A DNA stretch of 62,918 bases, counting the filler, from Octopus bimaculoides (taxonomy: Eukaryota): assembly GCF_001194135.2 (NCBI RefSeq). It is 6 parts of 5 records of this genome, joined end to end, with 100 filler letters (N's around TTAATTAATTAA, not from the genome) between each part and the next. Parts side by side here need not be neighbours in the genome. Positions count along the whole stretch, not along the records: positions 45,323 to 62,918 come from NC_068982.1; 5 more parts are not named here. One strand, given 5' to 3'. The notes beneath the pieces were generated by a model, which saw only the letters and a program-made list of their open reading frames with translations, had not been told where the DNA came from and made no database searches. Shown here piece after piece: positions 59,090-62,918 of this stretch; the stretch's first letter is position 1, and each line of letters opens with the position of its first letter. The translations under genes were made by a program, and so were the position numbers.

Positions 59090-59465
59090 TCATATATACT
59101 TAAATGATAAACTTCTGGTAAGTTTTACAGAATTTTACAGTTTCAGCGATCAGTAGTCTTCAAATCAGTTTTCTTCTTTTAGGTTTTGATAAGCTTAATT
59201 TCTCAAGATTGGTATTTAGGCATTGTGTTACATATCCCAGTGCCCCAATAATTACAGGTATAAACCTGAACTTGTAACCTGGAGAGAGTAACTGCAGATT
59301 TCTCAATAGTTCAGCGTAGGTATCCCCTTTTCACTGATCTTCAGCTTTATTTTAACATCCGCTGGGCAGCTGATTTCCACAACTGTACACAATTTCTCTG
59401 TCTTAATTTTATCAGATCTATTGTGTTTACATTTAATGAAGTTTTCACTGAGACATTCCACTAGT
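59090..59465 (-). mobile_element. RLE-type non-LTR retrotransposon C-terminus (distinct lineage)
   Basis: With frameshifts: WNVSVKTS.KCKHNRSD..CTVVEISCPADVKIKLKISEK..YAELLRNLQLLSPGYKFRFIPVIIGALGYV. Confidence 0.65.
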
Positions 59466-59899
59466 ACTCCTTTGTATGTATGTATGTATGTATGTATGAT
59501 TTTTCTTTCATTTTAATTCAAGTTCTTCAGCGGAATTAGAATGTGTATATTTGTTGTATTGAAGACATGATTATGTTGTAGTTTTAATTCTTTTATTAGA
59601 CTTATTTTCTTTTTTTCATATGAAAATATGAACCCTTGCAGTTCGTTTGGAACAATAACATATTAAAATCCATCATAACCGCAACGTTTCTAAACTTCCA
59701 CAATATCCTTAGGATGTAAAGTGTTATCAACGCCTGTAAGTGTCTAGTTTTATGGTACACAAATGCGATTTCTATAGATCTTGTTGTCGAATTTGCTTTT
59801 ATGCATAGACGTTTTCACCGGTATTTGAAAGTTGATTGTTAAATTTATACATAGTTGACTACATGTTTATTTTCATTGTGACGTGTGTGTGCTTGTGTG

Positions 59900-60105
59900 T
59901 ACTCTAGGCACAAGGCCCGAAATTTTTTGGAGAGGGGCCAGTCGATTAGATCGACCCTAATACGCAACTGGTACTTAATTTATCGACCCCGAAAGGATGA
60001 AAGGCAAAGTTGACCTCGGCGGAATTTGAACTCAGAACGTAGCGACAGACGAAATACCGTTAAGCATTTCGCCCGGCGTGCCAACGTTTCTGACAGCTTG
60101 CCACC
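59900..60105 (-). mobile_element. SINE family B, full length, well preserved
   Basis: Near-exact reverse complement of the family B consensus seen at 38485-38695. Confidence 0.9.
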
Positions 60106-60662
60106 ATTGCGCTACGAATAATGTTTTATCATTAGTCGTCTATTTTTTGCTCTATATTGTAGATGTATTTTCTACTATCTTCCAATCTAATTTATAATAT
60201 TAAGCATACTGTGTTAGAAGTGCTCATTGTTCTTACAGAGCACAGTGATTTTACGAGTGGGTGTTGTACTTGTAATGATTGAAAGAATCACGAGGTTTAT
60301 ATCTTTCATTTTACAATCGAATTAATAAATCTTGGGAGACATTTGTACCTTATTCTCGGGTACATCTGTTCATGGTTTCTTGATAAGGATGATTTTGGTT
60401 TTAGTATTATAATAGTGTATTATTAGTTCCAAACGATATGTAATGGATTCTCATACGAAAATATTAAAAAGTCATACTAAAAATGGGAAGCTAGAACATA
60501 GATGCAAGCGTGACTATGTGGTTAAGAAACTTGCTTTGCAAACACGTGGTTTCGGTTTCAGTCTCAATGCTTGACACTTTGGCCTAGTGACTTTTACTAT
60601 AGCTCAGGGCCGACCAATGTCTTGTGAATGAATTTGGTTGACGGAAATTGTGGAAGCCTGTC

Positions 60663-60694
<32 letters not shown>

Positions 60695-61032
60695 TTCACT
60701 TGTTTCAGTCATTTGACTGCGGTCATGCTGGAGCACCGCCTTTAGTCGAACGAATCGACCCCAGGATTCATTCTTTGTAAGCCTAGTACTTATTCTATCG
60801 GTCTCTTTTGCCGAAACGCAAAGTTACGGGAACGTAAACACACCAACATCGGTTGTCAAGTGATAGTGGGGGACAAACACAGACACATAAACATATACAT
60901 GTATATATATATATACGACAGGCTTCCGTCTACCAAATCCATTCACAAGGTTTTAGTCAGCCTGAGGCTATAGTAGAAGACACTTGCCACGCATGAGACT
61001 GAACCCGGAACCATACAGCCACACCTGCGCCT
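60695..61032 (-). mobile_element. SINE family A, near full length
   Basis: gtttcagtcatttgactgcggtcatgctggagcaccgcctttagtcg..gacaaacacagacac..(TA)n..ccgtctaccaaatcc..acagccacacctgcgcct. Confidence 0.88.
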
Positions 61033-61510
61033 ATATATGCATATATAATTAAAGAATTAAGTTTTAGATAGGAGGCGTTAAATGCAGTACCCAAACCTTG
61101 TTTCAGAGTAAGTCCCAAGTAGTGTGCTTGCAGAGCACGTTCACTATTTATGGCTACCAGGCGTCATCAGCGCTACTGTGCGTTCGTCGCTGGATGTACA
61201 TCCGGAATTTCGAGGTGCGCGTAGGGTATAATTTAAAGGCTTACACACGCTAAAGCCGTTCAATCTAATGCTATAAACACCCCTCCACACCCACCATTTA
61301 CATTAGATTCTTTTGTATTCTATTCTAATTTTTTCATTTTTTTAGCAACGACTTCTTGATCACAATTATAAATACCCCCGATCCCCATTTACATTAGATT
61401 CTTTGTGTTTTTATTTTCTTATTTTCTTCCTGACGAAATCTTCCTCACTTAACCAGCATACAACTTGGAGCGAAAATGAAATGTAAATCTGCTAAGTTTT
61501 GAAGCATGTT

Positions 61511-61617
61511 ACATCACCTGAGGAGGTTCTTTTGCACTGTGCATTGCATCTGATGTCATTACATCGTACCACGCCCACTGGGGAAGAGTGCAGAATGAAA
61601 CCGAAACGTTTGTTGTG
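61511..61617 (+). ncRNA. Type I hammerhead-like motif with an extended (~78-nt) stem II insert
   Basis: acatcac-CTGAGGA-ggttcttttgcact....agtgcagaatgaaacc-GAAA-CGTTT-gttgtg. The base of stem II pairs over ~14 bp, and the GAAA-to-cleavage-site segment contains the palindrome AAACGTTT. Confidence 0.5.
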
Positions 61618-61676
61618 CCACTACAGCTTCTGGTTACACCTCGTCTTCCGTATCAATCTTTTAAATTATATGTATG

Positions 61677-61738
<62 letters not shown>

Positions 61739-62404
61739 ATATGTGAGGTTTTGGTATCCAGAAGATTCAACAAGCAGGTAAGGCTTTGTAAGTGCTACGG
61801 AAAGACCGCTGTTAAGCTCCCAGNNNNNNNNNNNNNNNNNNNNNNNNNNNNNNNNNNNNNNNNNNNNNNNNNNNNNNNNNNNNNNNNNNNNNNNNNNNNN
61901 NNNNNNNNNNNNNNNNNNNNNNNNNNNNNNNNNNNNNNNNNNNNNNNNNNNNNNNNNNNNNNNNNNNNNNNNNNNNNNNNNNNNNNNNNNNNNNNNNNNN
62001 NNNNNNNNNNNNNNNNNNNNNNNNNNNNNNNNNNNNNNNNNNNNNNNNNNNNNNNNNNNNNNNNNNNNNNNNNNNNNNNNNNNNNNNNNNNNNNNNNNNN
62101 NNNNNNNNNNNNNTATATATATATATGTATATTTAAAGATTTAGAGAGAGAAACAAAAAGAGAAAGAGAGAGAGAGCGAGAGAGATCGTGTTGCGCTAAG
62201 AAGCAATGCGCGGTACCAGGATTTTCGACTTGAATCGAATATAACAAACTACTCCAAATCGTTGTTAGAGTACCCGCATTAAGTGGAGTATTGATTGGCT
62301 AGTTTGTATTGGCATTGAGTCGTATAAGTTGTAATAACGAAGTGGAACCAAAAAGTGTTATTTCGATATCATTTAATACCCATGTTTCAGCTTTGCGTAA
62401 AATA

Positions 62405-62488
62405 TAATGGTAAATATAATGGTAAATGGTAAATGGTAAATGGTAAATGGTAAATGGTAATGGTAAATGGTAAATATAATGGTAAATG
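62405..62488. repeat. (ATGGTAA)n 7-bp microsatellite
   Basis: Directly visible, with aatat interruptions at both ends. Confidence 0.9.
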
Positions 62489-62597
62489 CATTCATTAGGT
62501 GAACCTAAGCTTTATGTAATGAATGCATTTCCTATTGTATATTGCATAAACCTGAAGTGTTCATATAAAATGATTTCAAAATATCCTTATTTGGTTT

Positions 62598-62895
62598 GAT
62601 CACGTGGCTTAGTGGTTTGGGTATTCGGCTCACGATCGTAATGACGCGTTGTATCCTTGAGCAAGACACTTTATTTCACGTTGCTCCAGTCCACTCAGCT
62701 GGCAAAAATGACTAGTACCTGTAATTCAAAGGGGCCAGCCTTGTCACACTTTGTATCACACTGAATACCCCTGAGGACTGCGTTAAGGGTACACGTGTCT
62801 GTGGAGTGCTCAGCCACTTGCACGTTAATTTCACGAGTAGGCTGTTCCGTTGATCGGATCAACTGGGACCCTCGTCGTCGTAACCGACGGAGTGC
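62598..62895 (+). mobile_element. SINE family G (tRNA-like head with B-box deletion)
   Basis: cgtggcttagtggtttgggtattcggctcacgatcgta (A box)..tccttgagcaagacactttatttcacgttgctccagtccactcagctggcaaaaatga..cgtcgtcgtaaccgacggagtgc. Confidence 0.7.
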
Positions 62896-62918
62896 TCTTA
62901 CACACACACACACACACA

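Noticed and set aside
60120-60480. Further degraded PLE endonuclease region (minus strand, LDWKIVE-like)
   Set aside because: Too fragmented to support as a feature.

Overview
This is eukaryotic, AT-rich, repeat-saturated DNA. About 11.8 kb (~19%) is N gaps, and five artificial 44N-TTAATTAATTAA-44N spacers join the pieces. I found no intact host gene, rRNA, true tRNA or CRISPR array, so the window reads as intergenic or deep intronic. The microsatellite density and tRNA-derived SINE families suggest an Octopus (coleoid cephalopod) genome; this is inference. Recognisable elements: three tRNA-derived SINE families (here A, B, G; dozens of copies); LINE fragments of the Tx1/L1, CR1, RTE and R4/Dong-like (RLE) types; at least six Penelope-like element (PLE) remnants, including a near-full-length RT + GIY-YIG copy bounded by ~175-bp inverted repeats inside a (TAA)n tract; a near-complete hAT/Buster transposon with TIRs and a degenerate 8-bp TSD nested in a SINE; mariner, maT-like, Merlin and HINE-like remnants; and a Tc1/mariner MITE. 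The most unusual signal is a recurring set of type I hammerhead-ribozyme (HHR) motifs. Some lie in PLE 3' ends. Others form short foldback (palindromic) elements whose arms each carry an outward-facing hammerhead. The best case is 28237-28416, where the two arms have complementary defects and their consensus is a complete HHR. All family calls come from manual translation and motif recognition, not database searches. Boundaries of degraded elements are approximate.
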